The notes beneath the pieces were generated by a model, which saw nothing but the letters and a program-made list of their open reading frames with translations, was not told where the DNA came from and did no database searches. The position numbers and the translations under genes were made by a program. Below, piece after piece: positions 10,891 to 23,462 of a stretch of 64,000 nt of DNA. Source of the stretch: Sedimentisphaerales bacterium (lineage in GTDB: Bacteria; Planctomycetota; Phycisphaerae; Sedimentisphaerales; Anaerobacaceae); the NCBI GenBank assembly GCA_963708075.1, contig OY970194.1, forward strand, positions 5,248,001 to 5,312,000, read 5' to 3'. Position 1 is the first letter of the stretch. Each line of letters opens with the position of its first letter.

Positions 10891-11397
10891 ATGGCCGGCA
10901 TGACGAATGAGAAGGGCAAAACGCCCAGTGAAAGTGCCGTGGAGACGCGGTACCTCGTGATGCCGCAGCAGGCGAATCCGCAGGGGACTGCCTTCGGCGG
11001 GGCCATCGTCGGGTGGATCGACATGGTGGCGGCGATGGCCGGACAGCGCCATTGCGGCACCGAGGTCGTGACGGCGGGCATTGACTCGCTGGTCTTTCGC
11101 CACCCCATCCGCATCGGCGACCACGTCGTCCTCAAGGCGGCCGTCACCTACGTCAGCCGGTCCTCCATGGAGGTCGCCGTCCAGGTCATCCGCGACGACC
11201 CCTACAGCGGCGAGCAGATCGTCGCCACGACGGCCCACCTGACCCTCGTCGCCCTCGATGAGCACAAAAAACCCATCCCCGCTCCGCCCCTGCTGCCACA
11301 AACACCCCAGGAGAAGGCCCGCTACGAGAGCGCGCGTCTGCGCATGCAGGCCCGCAAGGAGCGCCTCCAAGCCGCTGACCAAGAGCCGCAAATGTGA
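10891..11397 (+). CDS. Acyl-CoA thioesterase (hotdog fold, YciA-like)
   Basis: NPQGTAFGGAIVGWID, VVTAGID, SRSSMEV. Confidence 0.9.
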   Translation: MAGMTNEKGKTPSESAVETRYLVMPQQANPQGTAFGGAIVGWIDMVAAMAGQRHCGTEVVTAGIDSLVFRHPIRIGDHVVLKAAVTYVSRSSMEVAVQVIRDDPYSGEQIVATTAHLTLVALDEHKKPIPAPPLLPQTPQEKARYESARLRMQARKERLQAADQEPQM

Positions 11398-11414
11398 CAA
11401 CACGGGAGATCACG

Positions 11415-12668
11415 ATGAGAAGTCCCATGGTGTTATTGCTGTTTATGATGCTGCCGGGCGGGGAACCGGCCGGGGCGAAGCAGTACTTCGTTTCGATCCC
11501 GCCGGCGGGAGGAGCCAAGTACAAGGAGGCCAACTACGCGATCTGGATTCCGGACGGGGCGGCGAAGCTGCGGGGCGTGATCATGCACCAGCACGGCTGC
11601 GGCGAGCCGGCGGAGCTGGCGGGCGCGACAGCCACCTTCGACCTGCAGTGGCAGGCCTTGGCCGGAAAGTGGGATTGCGCGTTGATGGGCGCGAGCCTGC
11701 GGGCCAACACCGCCTGCCAGGACTGGTCCGAGCCGAACAACGGCTCGGGCGATGCGTTTCCGCGAGCACTTGAGCAGTTCGCACAGCAAAGCGGGCACGC
11801 GGAACTGACAAGCGTGCCGTGGGTCCTCTGGGGCCATTCCGGCGGGGCGAACTGGGTCTATCGCATGTTCATGCGTCACCCACAGCGAGTCCTCGTGCTG
11901 GTGCTGCGCTCGGGCCCGGTGTTCAGCGACGACGTGTTCACAGGCTCGCTGGACACGCCCGTGCTCCACAACCTCGGCGTGAAAGAGAAGGGGGACAAGC
12001 AGTTCGGACGGATCTGGGACAAGGCCCGACAGTTGTTCGAAGTACGCAGAGCAAAAGGCGGTTTGGACACGTGGGCCCCCGACCCGGAGTCTTCGCACGA
12101 TTGCCGCTTTGGAAGGCTGTTCGTGATCCCGTACATCGACGCCTGCCTGGCCCAGCGCTTGGGCAAGGCGGAGGCGGCCCAACCATGGGTCGGCAACATC
12201 GGGACCTTCGCCGTCAGTCCGGCCGAGCAGTATGGCGGCGACCGCACCAAAACTGCCTGGCTGCCCAATGAGCAGATCGCGTCCTGCTGGACCGAGTTTA
12301 TGACGACCGGCTGGGTCACGGACAGGACCCCGCCGCCGCCGCCGAGCTTCATTGCAGGGTCGCTGACTGACGCAGGGGACATCCTGCTGCAATGGCGCGC
12401 CGAGGCCGATCTCGAAAGCGGGATCAAGACCTTCCGTATCTACAGGAACGGCCAACTGCTCCCACCATACAAGTGCGCAGCTGGGGAACTCTTCCAGAAA
12501 CCCAACTATCATGACACACTGGACAAACCCCTGAACGAAATGACCTACACCGACCCTAATGTCCCTCGAGGCGCCAGGTATTACTACCACGTGACCACAG
12601 TGAACTGGTCCAACCTGGAATCATCAAAGCATGCTCTCTCGGTGATGGACTTCGGCGGTGATCCGTGA
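11415..12668 (+). CDS. Secreted alpha/beta hydrolase with C-terminal FN3-like domain
   Basis: GHSGG nucleophile elbow; ESGIKTFRIYRNG and YYYHVTTVN. Confidence 0.7.
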   Translation: MRSPMVLLLFMMLPGGEPAGAKQYFVSIPPAGGAKYKEANYAIWIPDGAAKLRGVIMHQHGCGEPAELAGATATFDLQWQALAGKWDCALMGASLRANTACQDWSEPNNGSGDAFPRALEQFAQQSGHAELTSVPWVLWGHSGGANWVYRMFMRHPQRVLVLVLRSGPVFSDDVFTGSLDTPVLHNLGVKEKGDKQFGRIWDKARQLFEVRRAKGGLDTWAPDPESSHDCRFGRLFVIPYIDACLAQRLGKAEAAQPWVGNIGTFAVSPAEQYGGDRTKTAWLPNEQIASCWTEFMTTGWVTDRTPPPPPSFIAGSLTDAGDILLQWRAEADLESGIKTFRIYRNGQLLPPYKCAAGELFQKPNYHDTLDKPLNEMTYTDPNVPRGARYYYHVTTVNWSNLESSKHALSVMDFGGDP

Positions 12669-12756
12669 GCAGGCCGCCGGCGCAACGTTCACCATCGGCA
12701 CGCCTGCGCTCGCCGCTGCCACCCAGCATTTATCGTTGACCGCACAGCGGGTACCG

Positions 12757-12835
12757 GGTGCCATGCTTACGCTTGCGTAAGCATGTGGCCACAATATGAG
12801 AAGGCATGTCTACGCGAGCGTAGACATGGCACCCC
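12757..12835. repeat. GGGTGCCATG...CATGGCACCC palindromic repeat, family B
   Basis: Internal hairpins CTTACGCTTGCGTAAG and TCTACGCGAGCGTAGA; related half copy near 54228-54282. Confidence 0.7.
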
Positions 12836-12852
12836 GCATCATGAGGTCTGCC

Positions 12853-15800
12853 TTATCGGTCCGCGTGGGTATGCGCGTCGCTGTGCTTGTGGGCGGACGC
12901 AACGTCGCGGATCTCCGGCCCGTGCGCAGCGGCGTGCTTCTGGCGAAGCAGGTCTCGCTTCTGATAGCATTGCTCTCGGAAGACAGCGATCTCAGCGGCG
13001 AGGTTCGCGTTGGGCGAGTCCCCGAAGAACGCATGCACGATTGGGAAGACCAGGTCGGGTTTGGTCTTTCGGAACTCCTTGACCATAGCCTCGATCTTGG
13101 CCGTCGCGACGCCTTCCTGCATACAGGTGAACGGCCCGACGTGGAAGATGCCGGAGATGCAGGCGTCGCCGTGCGGGTGAATCATGTCGTGCATGAGGTA
13201 ATACGCGATGCCCGTGCTCAGCGGCGATTCGCCCTCGATGTTGCCGTGCGTCTCATGGTTGCGTTCGAGGGTCTCGATGATCTCCATCGGGTGCGGCAGC
13301 ACGTGGCGGCCGGCAAGAACCTCGTGGAACGGCTCCGCGATCTTCTCGGCGACGCTCGCCATGTACTTGCGCTTGATCATCGAGCGGATCACCTTGCCCG
13401 TGCAGCGCAGGGCCCGCCCCCAATTCCGCTCCTGCAGGCCCAGGCTCGTGTCGCGCTTCGCGTTGCGCAGGTTCATCCGGTTCACGTAGAGCAGCCAGTC
13501 GGTAATCGTATCGCGGACGACCTCCAGTCCCCGGTCCTCGAGTTGGCGGATCACGTGGTCCGTGTAAGGGTCGTGCTGGCGCATGTAGATTTCGCCGATG
13601 TAGAGCACCAGCGGGAATCGCTCCTGCCGGCGGAGCTTGGCGGCCTTGAATTGTGCGACCGTCTCGCGGCCCCAGCGAATCAACTCGTCCATTTTGGCGC
13701 CGGCGGCGGTGATGTGGCCGAGGAGCTCCAGCCGGGCCTGCTTGAGGGTGTCCATCGCGGCCTTATCCTCGGCGTACGGCCGGAACCGGCGCAGCGTGTC
13801 CTCCAGCAGGTCCGCCGCATTGATCCCTTTGAACAGCAACTGCTGCATCTTGACCTTGGCCGACGCCCGTGACCCGCTGGGCAGCGGAATGTCGACGTAA
13901 TCCGTCTCTGAGGACGGTCCCACCACCGGGATCTTTTCCAGCCCTTCGAGCTTCATGAAGTGCTGCACGACCTCCGAGTACTTCCCGAACCGGCACGGGC
14001 CGCTGGTCGTGGGCAGCATGACAAGGTAATTGTCCTCGACGAACTGGCGGCCGGCCTTCTCGATCTGCTCCTGGAGAAAACCGATGGCGTCGCCGACCAC
14101 GCCCTTGAGGGGGTAGCAGACCTCGGTGTACACGTGCTTGCGTGCGACCTCGTAGCCTCGCGGCGTGTTGGTCGGCAGCACCTGGCCGTTGATGCCGAAG
14201 TACCGCAGGCCCGCGGCCGCCACGTGGCTGGCGTCGCCCATGTACGGGATCAACCACACACGTTTGTCGTACGTGTCCGCCGAGTGGATCTTGAGCTTCT
14301 CGATATCCAGCGGCACGGGTTTCGTCTGGTTGACGACCCGCTCATGCGCCTCGGTCCGCGTCACGAACGGGGCGTTGTTCGTCTGGGCGTCGGTGAGCAG
14401 GACGAGCAGGGGCTTGTTCGCCGCCTGCTGAATCTGCTCTTCCATGTAGATCTTCAGGCTGTCCGGCCCGCAGGCGAAGTTCACCATGCGGATCCCGAAG
14501 AGATTCGGATGGTTGGCGACGAACATGCCCGCCTGGAGAATCCGGACGCTCTCGACCCAGAACTCATTCTCCACGAACTCGCCGAGGGGCAGTCCCATGA
14601 ACCGGTGCTCCAGGAAGACCTGGGGCAGATAGTCGAGCCCGCGGACCTGGGAGAACATGGCCCCGGAGCTGGAGCTGGCCTCCGGATCGAGCACGACGTA
14701 GTCCCTCCCGATCCCGACGTAGGCGGGCGCGCCGTCACGCTCGACGCGTTCGAGGAACCTGTCACCCTCGGCGTAGAGCTCCGCCTGGAACTGCTTCTCC
14801 GCCTCGTCCGCGTGCGCGATCGCCTCGCGCATCTGTTTATCGGAGTACTGGAAGCCGACCCTGGCGAACTCGCGGCGGATCTCGCGGACCATCAGGGGCA
14901 GATCCCCGAAGTGGATGACCGGGTTGAACTGGCGGTTCTTGTCCAGCGAGAGCACGTCGTTGAGGACGTAGCCTTCCGACTCCGTATAGATGCAGTACTT
15001 CAGGTCGGGCGGCTCGGGCTTTCGCTGCTCGATGAAGCTCGGATTGAACAGGTACTGGACGGCCGGATGATTGTTCAGGACCGCCGCGTGGCCCGTGGCA
15101 AGCTTGCGGGCGATGCAGAACTCGGTCCGCGAGTTGTCCACGCCGATCTTGGCAATGTCCTTGTCACTGCGAGGTGACACGACGGGGAAGAACCCGAGCT
15201 TGCGGAACAGGGCCGCGCTCCAGATGCCCTTATGGCCAAGCGTCGTCATGCTGCGTTTGATCCCGACCGTCGGGCCATCGGCCTGGACCGACTCGACCTC
15301 GCTGAGCAGGCAGCCCTGCTTCTTGAAGTGCTCCTCGTAGATCTTGTGGTAGCGGTCCACGTAGTTGATCCGAGGCCGGCGGGCCGACTCGGAGTTGCCG
15401 CGCGGACAGAATCCGCCGGTGATGATCTCGTCGCTCTCGATTTTGAAAACTTCGAGCTGGCAGTCGCGAATGCCGCAGGAATTCTCACCGAACAGCTCGC
15501 GGCAGAGGACCTTTCGTTTCTGGAAGGGCATGTCCACGATCTCCCAGCCGCGAAAGGCGGTTCCCACCGTCTTGCCCTGCTTCTCAAGCTGTTGGATGTG
15601 CTCGATGATATCGAGTCCCTGGCCCCAGGCGCCGAACATTTCGCGATGCGGATAGGCCTCGATCTCCCTCTCCGTGACCTGGGCAAGCGCGGCGAGGAAG
15701 GCCTTGCCCAGCGCCGGGCCGCCCTGCGCGGAGCACTTATTGCCGACGTGCTGGGCGCCGCCGACGAATTTGTAGTAGTAGCTGGCCGCGGTGCCGCGGA

Positions 15801-17532
15801 GGATGGCGGCGGCGATCTCGTCGCGGCTGAAGCCCTCGGCGATGAGCCGGTTCTCGTCCATCTCCATGAACACGCCGCAGGTCGAGTCGATGATCGGGAC
15901 GCGCTGCGCCCGCAGTGCCGCCTCCTGGAGGGTGTTCTCGACGTCCAGGTTGATCACGTCGGCCATGTTTTCCAGGGTCTGGCCCGAGCCGGCCTGGCAG
16001 CTATAGTTCATCTTCGCTTCTTTGACGGTGCCGTCGCGGCCGAAGCTCGTGAACTTCATGTCCTGCCCGCCGATCTCGAAGATCGTGTCGATGCCCGGAT
16101 TGTTGTGCTTGACGCCGAGGGCGTGACAGGTGATCTCGTCGGTGATTCGATCGCACAGCGTCACACCCTGCTCGCCGAGCTGTTTGGCCTTGCTCTTGCT
16201 GAGCAGGACCTTCTCATAGAGCTTTCGGGCTGAGCCGGTGGCGCCGACGCCCCGGATGATGACGTTGTCCTTATGCCTGGCAAGGTACCGCAGGACGCGC
16301 TTGAGGGATTCCTCCGGGTTGCCGTGGGTCTTGATGTAGAGCTTGTCGAGGAGCCGGCCGGTCTTGATGTCGACGAGCGCGCCTTTGGTCGTGGTGCTGC
16401 CGCCGTCGATGCCGAGGACGACCTCGGTCCCGGGTGGGATCGTCTCGTGCAGGGCCTCGCTGCTCTCGCGGACGGTCTTGAGACTCGCGGACAGGGGCGG
16501 GGCGAAGGAGCGTTTCTCCCGGCTGTACTGGGCAACGTGCTGGAGCTGGGCGAGATCGAAGACGAACGTGTTGTTCTCCTCGATGGCCTTGAGCGCCGCG
16601 CCGACGGCGGCGATATTGTGGTACTGCTCCGGCCGCGTCACGGGAATCTTCAGAAGCTGCGAAAGGTTCTCGCGGACAAGGTCATTGGAGAACACCCCGC
16701 CCGTGGCGATGGCCTGCTCGCCCTGGCCCAGGGTCGATGCGAGGTCACGCGCGCCGAGCACATCGATGATGTAGTTGCGGGGGACCGTGCGAAACAGGCC
16801 CGCCAGGTTATCGACACGTGTCGCGCCCTCGTTCTGCTTGTGGATGAGGTCGGACTGGACGACGACGCCGCAACGGGCGAGGAACTCGCTTGGTTCGCGG
16901 GACCGCACGGCTTCCTCCTCGGCCCGCCGGAACATCTCTTCCACCCGCTCCTGAAGCCTCGCGCAGTTGCGCATGGCGATCACGTCTCTCTCCTGCTCGC
17001 TGGTCGTCGCACCCGTGTCGTCGAGCTCGGGGCTGGGAACGTCGCCCTGAAAGAGCCGTCGGCACTGCTTCTCGACGAGCATGCCGGAGCCGCCGCCGCA
17101 CTTGGTGCCCGTGCGCCATTCGCGAATGATCTTCTTGCCCTCGACCACGGCCAGGCTGAAGAAGTAGGAGTCCTTGGCGCCGATATGGAAGATGTATTGG
17201 GCTTCCGGAGCGACGATCTCGGCTCCTCGGGGCACGGCAACGCTGTCAAAGACAAAGATGGCGCCCGTCATGACACGTGGGAACGGCTGGGCGGCGCTGC
17301 CGGTGAACGCCGTGCTGCGGATCGCGTCACGGCCGAACCGCTCCACGAGGTCCCGCCAGACCTCTGTCAACACCCCAAGCGGATTCGCAAAGTGCATGAT
17401 CGGCGCCGGCGAATACGCGATGGATTTGTCCGCGTGCAGCGCTACACAATGCACGAAGCTGCTGCCGATGTCGATCCCTACATACAGGTGTGATTTGGCC
17501 TTCTGAGGCCCCGGTTGTTTATTTGCTGCCAT
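12853..17532 (-). CDS. 2-hydroxyacyl-CoA dehydratase activase-like multidomain protein (2x BadF/BcrA ATPase + DUF2229)
   Basis: GIDIGSS and GIDGGSTTTK, EIGGQDMK, CQAGSG, NFACGPDS, GPCRFGKY, PFTCM. Confidence 0.9.
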   Translation of the reverse strand: MAANKQPGPQKAKSHLYVGIDIGSSFVHCVALHADKSIAYSPAPIMHFANPLGVLTEVWRDLVERFGRDAIRSTAFTGSAAQPFPRVMTGAIFVFDSVAVPRGAEIVAPEAQYIFHIGAKDSYFFSLAVVEGKKIIREWRTGTKCGGGSGMLVEKQCRRLFQGDVPSPELDDTGATTSEQERDVIAMRNCARLQERVEEMFRRAEEEAVRSREPSEFLARCGVVVQSDLIHKQNEGATRVDNLAGLFRTVPRNYIIDVLGARDLASTLGQGEQAIATGGVFSNDLVRENLSQLLKIPVTRPEQYHNIAAVGAALKAIEENNTFVFDLAQLQHVAQYSREKRSFAPPLSASLKTVRESSEALHETIPPGTEVVLGIDGGSTTTKGALVDIKTGRLLDKLYIKTHGNPEESLKRVLRYLARHKDNVIIRGVGATGSARKLYEKVLLSKSKAKQLGEQGVTLCDRITDEITCHALGVKHNNPGIDTIFEIGGQDMKFTSFGRDGTVKEAKMNYSCQAGSGQTLENMADVINLDVENTLQEAALRAQRVPIIDSTCGVFMEMDENRLIAEGFSRDEIAAAILRGTAASYYYKFVGGAQHVGNKCSAQGGPALGKAFLAALAQVTEREIEAYPHREMFGAWGQGLDIIEHIQQLEKQGKTVGTAFRGWEIVDMPFQKRKVLCRELFGENSCGIRDCQLEVFKIESDEIITGGFCPRGNSESARRPRINYVDRYHKIYEEHFKKQGCLLSEVESVQADGPTVGIKRSMTTLGHKGIWSAALFRKLGFFPVVSPRSDKDIAKIGVDNSRTEFCIARKLATGHAAVLNNHPAVQYLFNPSFIEQRKPEPPDLKYCIYTESEGYVLNDVLSLDKNRQFNPVIHFGDLPLMVREIRREFARVGFQYSDKQMREAIAHADEAEKQFQAELYAEGDRFLERVERDGAPAYVGIGRDYVVLDPEASSSSGAMFSQVRGLDYLPQVFLEHRFMGLPLGEFVENEFWVESVRILQAGMFVANHPNLFGIRMVNFACGPDSLKIYMEEQIQQAANKPLLVLLTDAQTNNAPFVTRTEAHERVVNQTKPVPLDIEKLKIHSADTYDKRVWLIPYMGDASHVAAAGLRYFGINGQVLPTNTPRGYEVARKHVYTEVCYPLKGVVGDAIGFLQEQIEKAGRQFVEDNYLVMLPTTSGPCRFGKYSEVVQHFMKLEGLEKIPVVGPSSETDYVDIPLPSGSRASAKVKMQQLLFKGINAADLLEDTLRRFRPYAEDKAAMDTLKQARLELLGHITAAGAKMDELIRWGRETVAQFKAAKLRRQERFPLVLYIGEIYMRQHDPYTDHVIRQLEDRGLEVVRDTITDWLLYVNRMNLRNAKRDTSLGLQERNWGRALRCTGKVIRSMIKRKYMASVAEKIAEPFHEVLAGRHVLPHPMEIIETLERNHETHGNIEGESPLSTGIAYYLMHDMIHPHGDACISGIFHVGPFTCMQEGVATAKIEAMVKEFRKTKPDLVFPIVHAFFGDSPNANLAAEIAVFREQCYQKRDLLRQKHAAAHGPEIRDVASAHKHSDAHTHADR

Positions 17533-17589
17533 GTCTCAAAACCCGTCCGAACTCTGACTGCGCATGCCGGCCGGCGAGCCCCCTTCTGG

Positions 17590-17990
17590 CGGCCGCGCCG
17601 CAATGCGCATAACCTGTTACTTGTGCTCCACGTTGCTGTGAGAAACCAAGTGACAGACCATCGTTCATACAGAACCGGCGTTACATTGTCAAGGATCGTC
17701 ACAGCGCCCCGCACAAGTTTTCCACAGCGGCCGGCTCGCCATCCTGCGCGTATCATCTTGTCTGTTCTGGAGTTAGACAACGCAGGCGCTCAGAGCTAAC
17801 AGTTTCACGCTGCATAATACCAATACTACTACCTTTGAAAGCCTGAGTATTATAGAATCCATCTGCGATCTATCACAGGCATGACGCCGGCTGTCTCTCG
17901 GGTGACAGAGAGGGGTTGGCCGCCACGAAAGATAGTGGCAGACAGAGTGCCCCTTTGAGTGGTTTTTTCGTGGAAAGGGGTTGTCTTGCG
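17590..17990. promoter_or_regulatory. Candidate replication origin (oriC)
   Basis: Non-coding gap before dnaN; TTTTCCACA at 17718-17726, several degenerate DnaA boxes, trio-like TAATACCAATACTACTAC near 17815-17832 in an AT-richer patch. Confidence 0.5.
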
Positions 17991-18080
17991 GGCCATCGGT
18001 GTGTAGACTTGCCAAGTGGTCCGCAGTCTGGTAAGGCGGCAAGGATGAAATGGTGGGGCATAAGAAAATAGAGGTACAGG

Positions 18081-19190
18081 ATGAGAGTCAGTTTTAACCG
18101 TTCTGCGCTGGCCGAGGCGCTGAGCCTGGTGTTGTCGGTGGTTCCGAGCCGGACGCCGAAACCTGTTCTCAAGTGCGTGCGGATCACCGCCTCGGGCAAA
18201 GAAGTGAGAATCTGTGCGACTGACCTTGAGGTGGGCCTGAACCACCTGATCTCGGAGGTGGAGGTCGAGCGCGAGGGCGAGGCGGTCGTCGAGGCGGACC
18301 GTCTGTCGGCGATTGTCCGCGAGAGCGCTGAGGATGTCCTGGTGTTCGACGTGGAGGGCACGACGTGCCAGATTCGCGGCGCGGACAGCCGCTTCACGAT
18401 CTATGGCCAGGATCCGAAGCAATACCCGACGGTGCGCACGCTGGCCGAGGGCGAGGCGGACCTCCAAATGAGCCTCCAGCAGTTGCAGTTAGGCATTCAG
18501 CAGTCGCTGTTCGCCACGGCCAAGGAGAGCAGCCGCTACGCCATCAACGGCGTCCTCTGGGAGGTCAAGGGCAAGAAGCTCATGTTCGTCGCCACGGACG
18601 GCAGACGGTTGGCACGCTGCCGGGTGGACCTCGAAAAAGCACCCGCCAAAGACATGGCCGAGCGCAAGATGATCGTGCCCGCCAAGACGATGGCCTTGCT
18701 CGAAAAGATTGGCTCGCACGACAAAGAGAGCGTCGCGGTCAAGCTGATCGAGAACCAGGTGCTCATCAAGTACGCCAACGTCGTGGTCAGCTCCAACCTC
18801 GTCGAGGGCAACTTCCCGAAGTACGAGGACATCATCCCGAGCGACTATGATAAGAAGTTGTCGTTGTCCACGGAAGCGGTGTTCAGCGCGGTCCGACGGG
18901 CGGCGCTGCTGACCAGTGAAGAATCAAAGGGCATCAAGTTCTCCGTGGGGAAAGATGCGCTGGTGTTTTCCGGGAGTTCGCCGGAGGCCGGCGCCGCGGA
19001 GGTCAGCATGCCCATCGAGTATAAAGGGCAGCCCATTGAGATTGGGTTCAACCCGCAGTTTTTGACGGATGTGCTTCGGGTGATTCAGACGCCCGAATTT
19101 GACTTGGAACTGGGCCAGTCGGATCGTCCCGGCGTGCTGAAAAGCGGCACCGATTTTCTCTACGTGCTGATGCCGATCAACATCGGCTGA
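18081..19190 (+). CDS. dnaN: DNA polymerase III beta sliding clamp
   Basis: ATDLEVG, VATDGRRLA, EGNFPKYEDIIP, IGFNPQFL, YVLMPI. Confidence 0.97.
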   Translation: MRVSFNRSALAEALSLVLSVVPSRTPKPVLKCVRITASGKEVRICATDLEVGLNHLISEVEVEREGEAVVEADRLSAIVRESAEDVLVFDVEGTTCQIRGADSRFTIYGQDPKQYPTVRTLAEGEADLQMSLQQLQLGIQQSLFATAKESSRYAINGVLWEVKGKKLMFVATDGRRLARCRVDLEKAPAKDMAERKMIVPAKTMALLEKIGSHDKESVAVKLIENQVLIKYANVVVSSNLVEGNFPKYEDIIPSDYDKKLSLSTEAVFSAVRRAALLTSEESKGIKFSVGKDALVFSGSSPEAGAAEVSMPIEYKGQPIEIGFNPQFLTDVLRVIQTPEFDLELGQSDRPGVLKSGTDFLYVLMPINIG

Positions 19191-19262
19191 CCAGTGCCGC
19201 CGTGGTGATGAAAAGCGAAAGTGGGCCGTGATGGCCGCGCGATTGGAGTTCGGGAACCAGGG

Positions 19263-19568
19263 ATGGGCGTGGAGAAAAAGAAGGACGCGTGCAGGCTTGG
19301 CGACCTGCTGCCCGAGTTCGTGCGGGCCTTGGGGCCCGTTCACGATCGGTTCGATTCTGTGGCCGAGGCTTGGGACGACCTGTTGCCGGACAATCTGCGC
19401 AGCCATTGCCGGCTCGGGAGCTTCTCCGATGGCTGTGTGAAAGTCCTGGCCGACGGCTCCAGTTATATCTATGAGCTGCAGCTATGCAAAGCGGTTCTGC
19501 TGCGGGAATTGCAGCGATTGTGCCCGGGGGCAAGGGTCCGGCGGATTGAGGTCGCCATGACCCGCTGA
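19263..19568 (+). CDS. DUF721 (DciA-like) protein
   Basis: Position between dnaN and gyrB; AWDDLL...SHC...YELQL pattern. Confidence 0.7.
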   Translation: MGVEKKKDACRLGDLLPEFVRALGPVHDRFDSVAEAWDDLLPDNLRSHCRLGSFSDGCVKVLADGSSYIYELQLCKAVLLRELQRLCPGARVRRIEVAMTR

Positions 19569-19686
19569 CCGAACGATTTGGGGACGCCGAACGTATAAAA
19601 TAGATTGGATCTCTGCAGGCAGGAGAGGGCTTTTTACGATAAAAAAGAGGAGTCGCTCTGCGGCGATCCGGTAGTGTTTAGAGTAG

Positions 19687-22188
<2,502 letters not shown>

Positions 22189-22215
22189 GTGGGCGTCAGA
22201 GAACGAAAAATGATC

Positions 22216-22250
22216 GGGCCGGCTCCTGGTGGGCCGGCCCGCTGTGTTTT
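22216..22250 (+). terminator. Probable terminator after gyrB
   Basis: GGGCCGGC...GCCGGCCC stem then TGTGTTTT. Confidence 0.45.
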
Positions 22251-22423
22251 CACTTCGAGTTGCCTGTACCGGTTACGGTTGAGTATGTCGTGTCTGCGGG
22301 TGGCAGCGGCAAGCGCGAGCTTGCCGATGGTTTGGTCTATTCGCCATCGGCAAAGCCTTCGGCCTTGCCGATGCCACCCGGGACATGGACTACGCAAACT
22401 GCAAAGCTCAGGCCAAATCCGGA

Positions 22424-23443
22424 TCAGCGCGAGATGGAGGCCGGTGGTTGAGTCGCAGGCGGCTCGGCGATTTGCGGCTGGGCGGCGGACCAGAGGGCCT
22501 GAACCTTGGGGGCGAATTGCTCGAGTGTCAGTTTGCCGGCGGCGAGGGCGTCCACATCCGCCTTGCTGATGCGCAGGACGAGGGTGGCCGCCGGGTCGGC
22601 CGCCGGGTTGTCGGCTCGCCTGGCGCCCATCGGCGCTGGGCCGGTCGAGCGAGGCCCTGAAGCGTAGAACTCCCTCATAAGTCTCTGGTGCGATGTGCCC
22701 GTGGAGCTTCCGGCATAGGTGCCGACCACCAGCGTGATCTGGTCGTCGGGGCGGACCCGCAGATTGGCCGCGTGGCGCAGCGTCTTGATCAGCGTCGCCT
22801 TGAGGTTCTCCACTCTCTGTCCGTCGTAGGCCGGGCCGGTCTTCTCGGCATCTCGCTTCTCTTCCTGTCCCCGAAGCTCGTTCATCGTCTGCGACCAGAC
22901 GCGGTCGGCGGATTCGTCCGGCTTGGGCTCTTCCTTCTGTTGCGGTGGCGGCACCAGCGGGAAATCCACCTGCACGAAGAACACGACGCCGTATCCGTCC
23001 AGGTAAAGGCCCTGGCTGCGCCCGGTCTGCTGCATGAGAAGGCGGCCGAGCGAACTGCCCTTGCCCATATAAATGGAAGCGCCGGTTGAGCGTTTGCCCG
23101 GATAGAGCGTCTTATCGAGGATCCGGCACATCACGGTCAGGTCCTCGGTGATGGCGGTGAGGGCCTCGGGCTTGAGGTCCGGCCCGGGCACCACGAGCAC
23201 CATCTCGCGGGCCTGGTCCTCCAAGTCACCGATCCGCAGAGGCTGATTGCCTGCAATCACAACCGACCTCGCGCCCGGCTCTTTTGTAGCCAGAACCGCA
23301 GTCGCCGGCGCCACGCCTGATGAGGCGGCGCCGGGCTGCTGTTGGACAAGAGACGGCCACACCACGGAAGTGCCGGCCGAGGACTGAGCCATGGCGTTGG
23401 TCAGAGAGATAAGCAGGATCGTGACGGTTACAAGCGTCTTCAT
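22424..23443 (-). CDS. Secreted protein of unknown function (paralog 2)
   Basis: Signal peptide; shares EDL.VM.RI, GYG..FF.QVD.PL.PPP, LI.TL.HA.N.R, KADVD with neighbour. Confidence 0.75.
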   Translation of the reverse strand: MKTLVTVTILLISLTNAMAQSSAGTSVVWPSLVQQQPGAASSGVAPATAVLATKEPGARSVVIAGNQPLRIGDLEDQAREMVLVVPGPDLKPEALTAITEDLTVMCRILDKTLYPGKRSTGASIYMGKGSSLGRLLMQQTGRSQGLYLDGYGVVFFVQVDFPLVPPPQQKEEPKPDESADRVWSQTMNELRGQEEKRDAEKTGPAYDGQRVENLKATLIKTLRHAANLRVRPDDQITLVVGTYAGSSTGTSHQRLMREFYASGPRSTGPAPMGARRADNPAADPAATLVLRISKADVDALAAGKLTLEQFAPKVQALWSAAQPQIAEPPATQPPASISR

Positions 23444-23462
23444 AGGTATTCTCCCGGGAAGG

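Noticed and set aside
12796..17493. Long plus-strand ORFs opposite the activase (and similar shadow ORFs opposite gyrB, GH28, rlmN)
   Set aside because: Antisense shadows expected from high-GC codon bias; no recognisable motifs
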